Shown: in pieces, positions 28,200 to 37,797 of the stretch
Layout of the letters: each line of letters begins with the position of its first letter
Position numbering within the stretch: the stretch's first letter is position 1
Source: Myxococcota bacterium
GTDB taxonomy: Bacteria > Myxococcota_A > UBA796 > UBA2385
Direction of reading: 5' to 3'
Length of the DNA stretch: 64,000 nucleotides
NCBI GenBank assembly: GCA_044344255.1
Contig: JBIJDH010000003.1
Span: 480,001-544,000, forward strand
Position numbers and translations under genes: made by a program
Notes under the pieces: generated by a model
Databases searched by the model: none
What the model was told of the DNA's origin: nothing
What the model saw: only the letters and a program-made list of their open reading frames with translations

Positions 28200-29729
28200 T
28201 CAGCCCGGACCGGCGCCCGCTCGAGCCTGGAGCCGCCCCATCGCGTGGCGCGCCATCTGCCGGGCGTAGTGCTCGGCGTACTGGCGGTGGCTGGGGTGGC
28301 GGTTCGCGAAGCCGAGCGCGACGTCGCCGGCCATCGACAGGGAGCGGAGGAGCGGCAGGGGGAGGGGGGCGAACCACTCGGCGCGAGCCCGCTCCCGGAG
28401 GGCGCCGGGCAGGCCGGGGAGCACCCGGAAGAGCGCCTCGTAGTTGGCGAAGCGGCGGAGCTCGGCGGGGTCGTGGATGGCGCCCTGGTCGTGGAAGGTC
28501 GAGGACAGGCCGCGCTCCAGGCGCGCGTGCTCCTCGGGGGAGAGGAGGCCGTCGGCGAGGGCCTTCTCCGTCATCTCCACCCCGGGGAGCCAGGTCATCC
28601 AGTAGGTGCTGATGCGCTTCGGCGGGTGAGCCACGTAGAAGCGCCGCGCCACCTCCTGGGCGTCCGCCGGCTCGCCGGCGCCGCCGAAGATGTGGTCGCC
28701 CCGCACGCCGATGCCCGCCGCCCGGAAGGCGTCGAGGGCCCAGGCGACGTCTCCCACCTTCTCGTATCGGCGCATCGTGCGGTGCTTGTACTGTTCGTCG
28801 AGGCTCTGGATGCCGATCTGGACCCAGGTGCAGCCCGCCTCCTTCATCCAGTCGACGATGTCCTGATCGACATACTTGGGGTGGGACAGGCACATCCAGG
28901 GGAGCTTGATCTCGCGCTTGTAGGCGTCGAGGAAGCGCTTCAGCCACGGCTTGTCGACCGTGAAGATGTCGTCTTCGAAGTCGATGAAGCGGAGCGACCA
29001 GCGCCTCCGGGCCGCCTGGAGCTCGCCGATGACATGCTCGACCGAGCGCTGCCGCACGTACCGACCGCCCTTCACACCGGAGCGCGCCGGGAGCTTCGCC
29101 CAGAAATTGTTGAAGCAGAAGGTGCAGCGATAGGGGCAGCCCCGGCCGGTGATGGTCATGTAAGGGTCACCGACGGCGAATTCGTCGGCGTAGAGGTCTT
29201 TGTCGGGGAAGGGCAGGGCGTCGAGGTCTTGGATGAAGCCCGTGGCGGGGCCCCGGATGACCGCCCCGTCGGCGGCCTTGAACCAGACGTTGGGGACGGC
29301 CTCGCCCATCCCTTCCGCCCACCGCTCGAGGAGGGCCGGGAAGGCCTCGTCGCCCTCGCCGATGCAGACGGCGTCGACCGCGTCCTCGGCGATGACCACC
29401 TCGGGGACCGCGGAGGGGTGCACCCCGCCGAAGAGCACGCGGGCGCCGGTGGCGGCGCGAATGGCCGCGGCCATGCGCAGCCCGGCCTGGTAGGTGCTCG
29501 TGAGCACCGACATCGCCACCACGTCGGGGCGGAGCGCGATCGCGCGCGAGATGAGCTCGGCCTCGCGGTCAAACAGGCGGGCGAGGGCGGGGACGCTGAG
29601 CTGGAACCGATCGTCGAAGAGGGAAGGGTTGAAGACGAGCTCGACCTCGTGGCCGGCGCGCTTGAGCACCGCGGAGAGCAGCTCCACGCCGATCTGCTCC
29701 GAGCCGATGCCAAGGAAGACGATCCGCAT
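28200..29729 (-). CDS. Cobalamin-binding radical SAM enzyme (class B methyltransferase-like)
   Basis: N-terminal B12-binding domain (PDVVAMSV, FGGVHPS, IGEGD), TGRGCPYRCTFC, RSVEHVIGEL, FEDDIFT. Confidence 0.92.
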   Translation of the reverse strand: MRIVFLGIGSEQIGVELLSAVLKRAGHEVELVFNPSLFDDRFQLSVPALARLFDREAELISRAIALRPDVVAMSVLTSTYQAGLRMAAAIRAATGARVLFGGVHPSAVPEVVIAEDAVDAVCIGEGDEAFPALLERWAEGMGEAVPNVWFKAADGAVIRGPATGFIQDLDALPFPDKDLYADEFAVGDPYMTITGRGCPYRCTFCFNNFWAKLPARSGVKGGRYVRQRSVEHVIGELQAARRRWSLRFIDFEDDIFTVDKPWLKRFLDAYKREIKLPWMCLSHPKYVDQDIVDWMKEAGCTWVQIGIQSLDEQYKHRTMRRYEKVGDVAWALDAFRAAGIGVRGDHIFGGAGEPADAQEVARRFYVAHPPKRISTYWMTWLPGVEMTEKALADGLLSPEEHARLERGLSSTFHDQGAIHDPAELRRFANYEALFRVLPGLPGALRERARAEWFAPLPLPLLRSLSMAGDVALGFANRHPSHRQYAEHYARQMARHAMGRLQARAGAGPG

Positions 29730-29818
29730 CGGCCGGTCCTAACCCGCGCCAGCGGCCCGCCGAGGGGATATCCCGGCTGCCGCCCCCAGCGCTGGCCGGG
29801 CGGGCGCGAGGAGGCGGG

Positions 29819-30640
29819 GTGAACCTCAAGCTGCTGCTGCCGACCCTCCGCGCGCGCCGCCGCTTCGTGCTCGAGGCCGTGGGCCGCCACGCGCCCGCCG
29901 GGGCCGCCCTGCTCGATGTGGGCTGCGGGGAGGCCGATCTCCACGCCCCCCTCCTCCCGATCCTGCGCCCGCGCGGCGCCACCCTGATCGGCTGCGACCG
30001 CGACCCGGGTGACGTCGCCTTCGCCGCCGCGCGCGCGACGCCCGAGCCCTCGCTCCGGTACCGCGTCGCGGACGCGCTCGACCTCCCCTTCTCGGATGCC
30101 TCCTTCGATTTGGTGCTCTGCGTCGACGTCATCGAGCATGTGGGCGCGCCCACCGCCCTGCTCGGGGAGCTCCACCGGGTGCTGCGGCCGGGGGGCCACC
30201 TCGTCCTCACCTGCCCCTCGGCCGACTTCCCCTTCACCTATGACCCGATCCACCGCATCATCGGCCTCGGTCGCGGGCCCGGCTTCGGGGCGCGGGCCTA
30301 TGGCCACGACTGGCTGCCCACCCCGGCCGAGCTCGAGCGCTGGCTGCCCGCGGCCGGCCTCGACGTGATCCTGCGGGCTCGGCTCACGGGCCCCCTCGCC
30401 GCGCTGACCGAGCTCTATTGGGCGGGGCTCCTCCAGCGGGCCCTGAAGGTGAACGCCGACAACCGCGGCCAGGGTGGCGGGCGCGGGCTCCGGCCGGGAG
30501 AGGGTGAGGGCCGCCTGCACCGGGCCGTGGACGCCCTCGACGCCCTCGATCGGGCCCTCCAGGGGGAGGGTGGGCGCTCGGTGGGCCTCGGCTTCGTCAG
30601 CCGCCGTCGCCCGCCGGGGGCGGTGCCGCACCCTCGATGA
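29819..30640 (+). CDS. Class I SAM-dependent methyltransferase
   Basis: LLDVGCGEA, DALDLPFSDASFDLV, VIEHV, LHRVLRPGG. Confidence 0.9.
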   Translation: MNLKLLLPTLRARRRFVLEAVGRHAPAGAALLDVGCGEADLHAPLLPILRPRGATLIGCDRDPGDVAFAAARATPEPSLRYRVADALDLPFSDASFDLVLCVDVIEHVGAPTALLGELHRVLRPGGHLVLTCPSADFPFTYDPIHRIIGLGRGPGFGARAYGHDWLPTPAELERWLPAAGLDVILRARLTGPLAALTELYWAGLLQRALKVNADNRGQGGGRGLRPGEGEGRLHRAVDALDALDRALQGEGGRSVGLGFVSRRRPPGAVPHPR

Positions 30641-31568
30641 TGCCGCGCCGACGCAGCTCATCGAGGATGGCTGCGGTGATGGCGACTTGCCCCTTGGCGT
30701 TGAAATGCACGTCGTCGATGTAGCCCTCAGGCGGCGGCGGCGGGTGGATGTACTCCGCGCCGAGGCGGTCGAGGCGGGCCTCGAGGCGCCGCACGATCTC
30801 GGGATCGCCCGCCGGCTCGTGGGCGAGGGCCGGGTTGCGCGGGAGCTCCACGAAGATGGCCGGCGTGCCGCGCTCGCGGGTGAGCTCGAGGATGCGTTGG
30901 ACGAAGTGCCAGGAGCCCTCGTCCTTCGCGTTTTGCGGCGCGGCGTGGCGGCGGCGCCGGGGCGGGCTCGCCTTCGCGCGGGCGCCGATGCCGGTCCAGA
31001 GCAGGTTCGCGAGGTAGGCCCGGTTCCGATAGAGGAGCGAGCTCGCCCGCAGATAGAGCTCCTCCCGACAGGCGAGGGTGGTGCAGGACCAGTCGGCCAC
31101 CTCTTGCATCGAGACCCAGTCCATGAGGTCGTAGGTCTGGGTCTGCCAGGTGAGCGCCGGCGTCGACAGGTCTCCAGTGGTGAAGATCAGCACCACGGCG
31201 TCCACCTGGGCGGGATCGAGCACGCCCCGCATGGTCAGATACCAGTCCATCGGGAAGGCGCCGGGCGCGGTCAGTCGGTGCACCTTACCGCCTCGCCCCA
31301 CCTCCTGCTCCATCCACTCGTGGTTGATCGCCTCGGTGCCGATGCAGGTCCCGAAGATGAGGATGTCGGGCCGGTCGGGGGCGAGGTTGGCCACGGCGGT
31401 CGCCGCCTTCTGCGACAGCTCGCCGGGGGGGGTGTAGCCGGCCCGCACCGCCCACTCCGAGCCCAGCACCGTCAGGAAGATCACGAAGAAGGCGATCCAG
31501 CCGGGCAGGGCCCTGGGCGCAGAGGCGAGGGGGACGAGGGGGACGAGGGAATGGGGGTCGGTCGTCAT
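30597..31568 (-). CDS. SGNH-like partner of the MBOAT (AlgJ/DltD-like position) with an atypical block I
   Basis: N-terminal TM, ILIFGTCIG at the block I position, DDVHFN at block V; 18 nt downstream of the MBOAT gene on the same strand. Confidence 0.65.
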   Translation of the reverse strand: MTTDPHSLVPLVPLASAPRALPGWIAFFVIFLTVLGSEWAVRAGYTPPGELSQKAATAVANLAPDRPDILIFGTCIGTEAINHEWMEQEVGRGGKVHRLTAPGAFPMDWYLTMRGVLDPAQVDAVVLIFTTGDLSTPALTWQTQTYDLMDWVSMQEVADWSCTTLACREELYLRASSLLYRNRAYLANLLWTGIGARAKASPPRRRRHAAPQNAKDEGSWHFVQRILELTRERGTPAIFVELPRNPALAHEPAGDPEIVRRLEARLDRLGAEYIHPPPPPEGYIDDVHFNAKGQVAITAAILDELRRRGIIEGAAPPPAGDGG

Positions 31569-31586
31569 CGTGGAGCCCCGGTTCCG

Positions 31587-32957
31587 TCAGAACTGGAAGT
31601 AGATGAACTCGGTCGCGTAGGTCGAGCCGAGGAAGAGGATCGCGACGGTGACCGTGGCGTAGAGCGCGGTCTGCGCCGGACGGGGCCAGGTGAGCTGGGC
31701 GAAGGTGCCACCCCCCCGCTCCTGGATGAGCTCGAGCAGCAGCACCGGGGAGACCAGCGCGGCGAAGAGGCGCAGGTGCGCGAGGTCGCTCCCTCGGGGC
31801 TGCAGGCCGTGCCCGAGCTCGGAGAGCAGGGAGCCGAGGGTGCGGAGATCGGTGGCCCGGAAGAACATGAAGCCGACCATCGTGACGTGGAACGTGAGGA
31901 TGGCGAGCACCCAGCCGGGCACGCGCGGGCGGGGGAGGAGCCGCCCGAGCACGAGGGCGAGGCCATGCCAGGCCCCCCAGAGGAGGTAGGTCCAATTGGC
32001 GCCGTGCCAGAGGCCGCCGAGCAGCATGGTGAGCATCAGGTTGCGATAGGGCGCGCGCTGGCTCCCGCCGAGAGGGATGTAGAGATAATCGCGGAGCCAC
32101 TGGGACAGAGAGATGTGCCAGCGGCGCCACAGCTCGGAGGGGGTCTCGGCGAAGAAGGGGCGGCGGAAGTTCTCCAGCAGCTCGACGCCGAACAGCTTGG
32201 CGAGGCCGCGGGCGATGTCGGAGTAGCCCGAGAAGTCGCAGTAGATCTGCCAGGTGAAGGCGTAGCTCGCCAGCAGCACGCCAAAGCCGCCGGGGGACTG
32301 GCCGTCAAAGCCCTGCGCCACGAGGGGGGCGAGGTTGTCGGCGACGACATCCTTCTTGAAGAAGCCCCAGCAGAGCAGCCAGGCCGCGGTGGCTACCTGA
32401 TCCGCGCTGGGGCGGCTCATCGGCTTGAGCTGGGGGAGCAGCAGGGCGGAGCGCTGGATCGGCCCCGCGACCATGTGGGGGAAGAAGGTGATGAAGAGGA
32501 GGAAGTCAAAGTAGCCGCGGACCGGGGGGAGCTCGCTCCGATAGACGTCGACAGAATACCCGATGGCCTGGAAGGTGTAGAAGCTGATGCCCACCGGCAA
32601 CACCAGGGTCAGGCTCGGGCCGAGCGATCCGAGCCCGAGCGTCTCGAGGAGGATCGTGAGCTGCTCGCTGAAGAAGCCGAGATATTTGAAGGTCGCCAGC
32701 GTGGCGAGGTTGCTCACGACAGAGGCGACGAGCAAGGCCTTTCGGCGGCCGGGCGATGCGCCGTCCATCGCGCGGGTGAGCAGCCAGTCGAGGCTCGTGG
32801 TCGCGAGGAGGAGCCCGAGGAAGCGGACGCTCCACCAGCCATAAAACAGGAGGGAGCCGGCCAGCAACAGCCAACGGCCGAGGCGGAGCGGAGCGGCCCG
32901 CCACAGAGGGTAGAGGGTCAGGAAGAACAGGAAGAAGATGGGGGAGTCGAACAGCAT
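31587..32957 (-). CDS. MBOAT O-acyltransferase, AlgI/PatA family
   Basis: MLFDSPIF, LPVGISFYTFQ, FFPHMVAGPI, QIYCDFSGYSDIA, WRRWHISLSQWLRDYLYIPLGG, GLWHGANW, C-terminal FIYFQF. Start ATG 32957. Confidence 0.95.
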   Translation of the reverse strand: MLFDSPIFFLFFLTLYPLWRAAPLRLGRWLLLAGSLLFYGWWSVRFLGLLLATTSLDWLLTRAMDGASPGRRKALLVASVVSNLATLATFKYLGFFSEQLTILLETLGLGSLGPSLTLVLPVGISFYTFQAIGYSVDVYRSELPPVRGYFDFLLFITFFPHMVAGPIQRSALLLPQLKPMSRPSADQVATAAWLLCWGFFKKDVVADNLAPLVAQGFDGQSPGGFGVLLASYAFTWQIYCDFSGYSDIARGLAKLFGVELLENFRRPFFAETPSELWRRWHISLSQWLRDYLYIPLGGSQRAPYRNLMLTMLLGGLWHGANWTYLLWGAWHGLALVLGRLLPRPRVPGWVLAILTFHVTMVGFMFFRATDLRTLGSLLSELGHGLQPRGSDLAHLRLFAALVSPVLLLELIQERGGGTFAQLTWPRPAQTALYATVTVAILFLGSTYATEFIYFQF

Positions 32958-32973
32958 GCCGACCGCCAGCCTA

Positions 32974-34440
32974 TCACGGCTGCGCAGCGGCCCCCTCGGC
33001 GGCGGGCGCAGGGCCGATGGTGTCGAAGTAGCGGCCGAGCAGGGCCCGGCGACCCTCGGGCAGGTCGCCTTCGGCGGCCTCTCCCTCGGCGATGGCGCTG
33101 TACTGGTCGAAGAGCGCGCTGTATCCCTGGCTCGCGGCGCCGCCCGTCTGCCCCGCCTCGAGCTCGCGCAGCAGCCCCTCGGGGGACCGCCTCCACTGGC
33201 TGCGGAGCTGCTCTTCGACGAAGCGGCGCCGGGCGCGGGTGTCCTCCTGGCCGAGGGGGTCGGTGGTGCCGGACTGGTCATTCACGCCGCCCGCCCCTGG
33301 GGGGCCCTCCCCCCCAGCCTCGTTGGCGTCGCTGGGGGTACCCGCGGTGACCGGCGCTTTGGACGTGAGGCCCGTCTTGGTCTCTCCGCCCGGCGGCGCC
33401 ATCGCCTCTCCACCGTCCTTGGCGGTGGCGGCCTCGTCGGCCTCGCCGGCCCGCGTCTCCTCGGAGGCCTTCTCGGCCTCCGGCGGGAGCTCGCCCGGGG
33501 TGGTGGTGGCGCCCTTGGGGTCTGCGGCGCCGATCTCGGGGGCCTTGGCGGTGGGGGCGCTCGGCTCGCGCGCCACGGTCTCGCTCGAGGGGGGCGCGGA
33601 GGCGGCGAGGCCGGGGCCGGCGCCCTTCGGGCCCTCCTCCCCGTGGGCGCCGCGGCGGGCGTTCACGCCCTGCCCAAATTGGGGCTGCTCGGCTTCGGCC
33701 GCGGGGGCCTCGGCTGCGGCCAGTCGATCGGGGCTGGGGCTCCCGCTGCGCGCGGCCTCCCCGCCGTTGAGGCCCGCCCCGAGGGCCTCCCAGAGCTGGT
33801 TGAGCGCGGCCGCGAGGGGGCCGCTCGCCGCATCGGTCGGCTCGGCCTCCGCCGGCCGCTCGGTGGACCTCCGAGGCGCGTCGGCGACGGGGGCGGCCGG
33901 CTCCTCCCGAGGCTCCGCAGGGTCGAGGGGCGCGGCGGGGGCGCCGTCGGACAGGGCCGAGCTTTGGTCCGGCGGGGGCTCTCCGTGTCCGCGGAGGGTG
34001 AGCAGGGTGAGCAGGGCGAGGCCGACCAAGAGCGCCCCGCCGTAGGCGCGGGGGAAGGTGACCGGGTGCAGGGAGGCGCCGATGGTCTGCGGGGCCCGGC
34101 GGAGCGCGGAGGCGGCGACGTAGGCCTGCAGACCGGGGTCTCCGACGGCCTCCGCTCGCGCCACGGCGAGCGCGGTGGTGAAGAGCCCCTCGCCGCCGTC
34201 GGCGCGATCGACCTCGCGGGCGAGGGTGTCGAGGGAGATCCGCCGACGGTGGGCGAGGGTGAGCTCCACCGCGAGGGCCCCGAAGATCAGCCCCGAGGCG
34301 ACGACCCCGGGCGCCTGCAGCGCGAGGGCGAGGGGGAGGAGGAGGCCGATCAGGGCCCCGGACCGGCCGGCGAGCTCGACGAGGCGCCGCCGATCGTGGC
34401 CGGCCTTCCAGCTGTGGAGCGTGTTCAGGAGCGGGCTCAG
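32974..34440 (-). CDS. Membrane protein with three N-terminal TMs, a low-complexity linker and a C-terminal ...RYF motif; MoxR-operon-type accessory
   Basis: TM pair, LAREVDRADGGEGLFTTAL, third TM, acidic Gly/Pro-rich linker, LPEGRRALLGRYFD. Start unresolved: no ATG/GTG before TM1; CTG at 34440 follows GGAGGT. Confidence 0.6.
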   Translation of the reverse strand: MSPLLNTLHSWKAGHDRRRLVELAGRSGALIGLLLPLALALQAPGVVASGLIFGALAVELTLAHRRRISLDTLAREVDRADGGEGLFTTALAVARAEAVGDPGLQAYVAASALRRAPQTIGASLHPVTFPRAYGGALLVGLALLTLLTLRGHGEPPPDQSSALSDGAPAAPLDPAEPREEPAAPVADAPRRSTERPAEAEPTDAASGPLAAALNQLWEALGAGLNGGEAARSGSPSPDRLAAAEAPAAEAEQPQFGQGVNARRGAHGEEGPKGAGPGLAASAPPSSETVAREPSAPTAKAPEIGAADPKGATTTPGELPPEAEKASEETRAGEADEAATAKDGGEAMAPPGGETKTGLTSKAPVTAGTPSDANEAGGEGPPGAGGVNDQSGTTDPLGQEDTRARRRFVEEQLRSQWRRSPEGLLRELEAGQTGGAASQGYSALFDQYSAIAEGEAAEGDLPEGRRALLGRYFDTIGPAPAAEGAAAQP

Positions 34441-34629
34441 GGGACCTCCGACCCGCCGGCCACCGCCAGCGGGGCGGGTGCGTCCAGGGGCGGGCAGGGG
34501 GGGCAGGCAGGGGGGGGCAGGCGGAGGAGGGCGGGACCTAACGGACAGTGTACGCTGGCGCCCGAAGGGCAACGCCCCGGCCTCGGAACGGGTGCCCAAG
34601 CTCCGCCGTCTGTGGCATACCTGCCTGCG

Positions 34630-36549
34630 ATGAAGCCGAAGCCCTCGAAGACCGCGCGCGCGCCGAAGCCCTCGCCGCCGCCCTCGCCGCCGCCCCCCCA
34701 GCCGCCTCTCCGCCGCCCTTGGCTCGAGGCGGTGGGGGCCGCCGCGTTGGCCGCCGCGCTCACCTGGCCGATGGTGCTCGATCCCGCTGGGCCCGCCCTC
34801 GGGCACGTGCGGGCCGACGGCATGAAGCACCTGTGGACGCTCTGGTGGATGCGGGCGAGCGTCTGGCAGGAGGGGGCCTTCCCCTTTCACACCCACCTCA
34901 TCAACTTTCCCGTGGGGATGGACCTCTATCCCATCGAGCCCCTCAACGGCCTGCTGGCGGTGCTGCTCCCCTCGCTCGGCGTCACGCTGCTCAGCAACGC
35001 GCTCGTCTTCCTCAACCTGACCCTCACCGGCCTCGCGGGGGCCTGGTTCGGGCGGATCGTGTCCGGCTCCCGCCTCGGCGGCCTCGTGGCGGGCGCCCTG
35101 CTCGAGGGCTCAGCGGTGATGGCCTTCTTCGTGCATGTGGGCGTGGGGGAGCTGAGCCACCTCTGGTGGTTGCCGCTCGGCCTCGGCTGCCTGCTGCGCG
35201 CCCGTGAGAGCCTGGAGCTCCGCTGGTTCTTCGCGCTGTCGGCCTGCCTCGCGGGCGCGGTGCTCTCCTGCTTCTACATCGGCTTCTTCCTGGCGATCGG
35301 GGTCTCGGTCTACGCGCTGGTCACCCTCGGCGGGGGGCCCTCCCTCGGCCGCCTGCTCCCCCGCTATGCGCTCGCCGCCGGCCTCTCGCTCGGCGTGGTG
35401 CTCCCGGTGACCCGCACCTTCGCGGACAGCTATCGCTCGAAGGAGGTGCCCGCCGTCGGCCTCTGGGCCTGGATCAGCGGGGAGCACGGTCAGTCCGTGA
35501 CCGACCCCGTGAGCGCCCGCCTCGAGCCCCTCCAGCTCGTCCATTCGAATCGGTGGGCCGCGGCCTGGGAGGATGAGGCCTACCGGGGCGGGCGGTACAT
35601 CGGCGTCGCGGCGCTGGCCTTGGCGCTCGTGGGCCTCGCTCGCTCGCCCCGGAAGGCGGCGCCGTGGCTGCTCGCCGGGCTGCTCTGCGCGGTCCTGGCC
35701 ATGGGCTCGTACCTCTGTCGGGACGGGCAGCCGGTCTTGGTGGGCGGGGCGCGCATCCGCCTGCCGCTGCTCTACCTGAACCGGCTCCTCGGCTACGTGG
35801 CCGAGCCGCTCAACTTCCCGGTGCGCTTCCTGGCGATGACCACGACGGCGCTGTCGGCCCTCGCGGCGCTGGCGGTGGCGCCGGGCGGGCGCCGCTGGAC
35901 CCCCTACCTCGCGCTGCTGGTGCCGATCTCCATCTTCGAGGTCGCGGGGGCCGAGCTCAACCCCTGGCCCTGGGCCCGCTTTGACCTGCCGGACAGCGCG
36001 CCCATCACCCGGCTCCAGGCCGAGCCCCCGGGGGCGGTGGTCGACCTCGCCCTCCTCCTGCGGCCCGACGCCCAGAACCGGCTCCTCTCCCTGTCCAATC
36101 AGATCGCCCACGGACAGGCCACACAGGCCGTGCCGATCGAGCGCATCGAATTCTTCGCGCGGGAGGGGCACTGGTTCGTGCGCGCGCTGCCCTTGTTTGA
36201 AGACCTCTATCCCCTCTATGAGCGCGGACAGGGGAGCCTGCGGGGCGGCCCCGAGGGAGGCGCGCTGCCCGGAGATTATCGGAGAGACATCGCGCTCCTC
36301 CGCGACGCCGGCTTCCGGTGGGTGCTGCTGTCCTATCCCGGTGAGATCGCCCACATGCCAGAGGCGATGGTCGCGGCGCTCGACGGGGTCTTCGGGCCCC
36401 CGGCGGGGGTGTCGGCGGGGCAGGGGCTCTGGGAGATCCCGGTGGTGGAGGCGACCGAGGTGGAGCTCACCGCGTGGCGGGCCGAGCACGCCGCCTCCCT
36501 CGCGGCGCGGTCCCGGAGCCCCGAGGTGATGGGGCCTGCGCTGCGCTGA
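34630..36549 (+). CDS. Polytopic GT-C-like (YfhO/PTPS-related) membrane protein
   Basis: ATG 34630 (the ORF-track extension to 32938 is spurious). LTWP, DGMKHLWTLWW, FPVG, YIG, FPVRF; about 11 TMs plus a C-terminal soluble domain. Confidence 0.65.
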   Translation: MKPKPSKTARAPKPSPPPSPPPPQPPLRRPWLEAVGAAALAAALTWPMVLDPAGPALGHVRADGMKHLWTLWWMRASVWQEGAFPFHTHLINFPVGMDLYPIEPLNGLLAVLLPSLGVTLLSNALVFLNLTLTGLAGAWFGRIVSGSRLGGLVAGALLEGSAVMAFFVHVGVGELSHLWWLPLGLGCLLRARESLELRWFFALSACLAGAVLSCFYIGFFLAIGVSVYALVTLGGGPSLGRLLPRYALAAGLSLGVVLPVTRTFADSYRSKEVPAVGLWAWISGEHGQSVTDPVSARLEPLQLVHSNRWAAAWEDEAYRGGRYIGVAALALALVGLARSPRKAAPWLLAGLLCAVLAMGSYLCRDGQPVLVGGARIRLPLLYLNRLLGYVAEPLNFPVRFLAMTTTALSALAALAVAPGGRRWTPYLALLVPISIFEVAGAELNPWPWARFDLPDSAPITRLQAEPPGAVVDLALLLRPDAQNRLLSLSNQIAHGQATQAVPIERIEFFAREGHWFVRALPLFEDLYPLYERGQGSLRGGPEGGALPGDYRRDIALLRDAGFRWVLLSYPGEIAHMPEAMVAALDGVFGPPAGVSAGQGLWEIPVVEATEVELTAWRAEHAASLAARSRSPEVMGPALR

Positions 36550-36570
36550 ACCCGGGAGCGGGCCGGTGCT

Positions 36571-37797
36571 TCAACCTTGCGGGCGGCGCGGCGGGCTGAG
36601 CTGACCGAGCCGCACGGCGTCGTAGCCGAAGCGGGCCCGCACGGCGTCGAGGGCCTGGGCGATTGGCTCACGGGGCCGCGCAAAGGGGAGGGGGAGCTGG
36701 GGCCCGGGCAGGACCAGGCCGGAGGCGGTGACGCCCACGAGGCGGACGGCGGCGCGGCGGGTCCAGAGGGCGCGGAGCAGCGAGAGTGCGAGGGGGCGGA
36801 GCAGCGCTTCGTCGGCGGTGGGGCTCACCGAGCGGGCGTGGGTGTGGGTGTCAAAGTCGGCGTAGCGCACCTTCACGCTCAGGGTGCCGAGCAAGGCGCC
36901 GCGCTGCCGGACCCGCCAGGCCACCCGCTCCACCAGGGCCAGAACCTGATCCTCCACGGCGGTGCGATCGGAGAGGTCGGCGTGAAAGGTGCGCTCGTTG
37001 GAGATTGAGCCGTCCACGCCGCCCTCGGGGTCGTGCTCATGGAAGGCGGGGCGGTCGGCGCCGAGGGGGGAGCGGCGGGCCGGATCGATCCCCGCCTCGA
37101 CCCGGGCCCGCTCGCCGGCGCAGGGGTGGTGGAGGGGGGTCTCGAGGATCTGCCCGAGGGTCAGGAGGCCAGCGGCGTGGAGCCGCGCCTCCGCCACCGG
37201 GCCGATGCCGGGGAAGCGGCGCACGGGCAGCGGGCTCACGAAGGCGCGCTCCCCGCCGACAGGCACGAAGACGAGGCCGTTCGGCTTGGCTCGGCCGCTC
37301 GCCATCTTGGCGATGGCGCGGGTGCTGCCGAGGCCGGCGCTGGCCGGCAAGCCCGTCTCCTCGAAGATGGCGGCCCGCAGAGACTCGATGGAGCGGCAGA
37401 TCGTGGCGTCGGGGGAGGAGTCGCCGGGGCGGGCGAAGAGGCGCTCACAGCCCGTGTAGTCGAGGAAGAACTCGTCGATGCTCGCGACCTGAACAGCCGG
37501 GCAGTGGTCCTGGACCACCCGGCGCACCCGACGGGAGTAGTCGCAGTAGGCGGAGTGACGGATGGGGAGGTAGACGGCGTCGGGCGCGAGCCGCCGCGCC
37601 TCGGAGATGGACATGCCGGCGTGAACACCGAAGGCACGCACCTCATAGGAGCAGGCCGTGACGACACCACGGTGGCCGGGCGCGGCCCCCACCACCACGG
37701 GACGGCCGTGGAGGGAGGGGTCAAACAGGCGCTCCACCGACACGAAGAAGGTGTCGAGGTCGAGGCAGCAGACACGCGCGGCAGAGGCGGGGCTCAC
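36571..37797 (-). CDS. dinB: DNA polymerase IV (Y-family)
   Basis: CLDLDTFFVSVE, SYEVRAFGVHAGM, SIDEFFLD, AKMASGRAKPNG, PGIG, SISNERTF, VRLVGV. Confidence 0.93.
   Translation of the reverse strand: MSPASAARVCCLDLDTFFVSVERLFDPSLHGRPVVVGAAPGHRGVVTACSYEVRAFGVHAGMSISEARRLAPDAVYLPIRHSAYCDYSRRVRRVVQDHCPAVQVASIDEFFLDYTGCERLFARPGDSSPDATICRSIESLRAAIFEETGLPASAGLGSTRAIAKMASGRAKPNGLVFVPVGGERAFVSPLPVRRFPGIGPVAEARLHAAGLLTLGQILETPLHHPCAGERARVEAGIDPARRSPLGADRPAFHEHDPEGGVDGSISNERTFHADLSDRTAVEDQVLALVERVAWRVRQRGALLGTLSVKVRYADFDTHTHARSVSPTADEALLRPLALSLLRALWTRRAAVRLVGVTASGLVLPGPQLPLPFARPREPIAQALDAVRARFGYDAVRLGQLSPPRRPQG

Noticed and set aside
32938..34629. N-terminal ~560 aa of the 1203-aa ORF 32938-36549
   Set aside because: Antisense to the 32974-34440 gene; a coherent membrane protein begins at ATG 34630.
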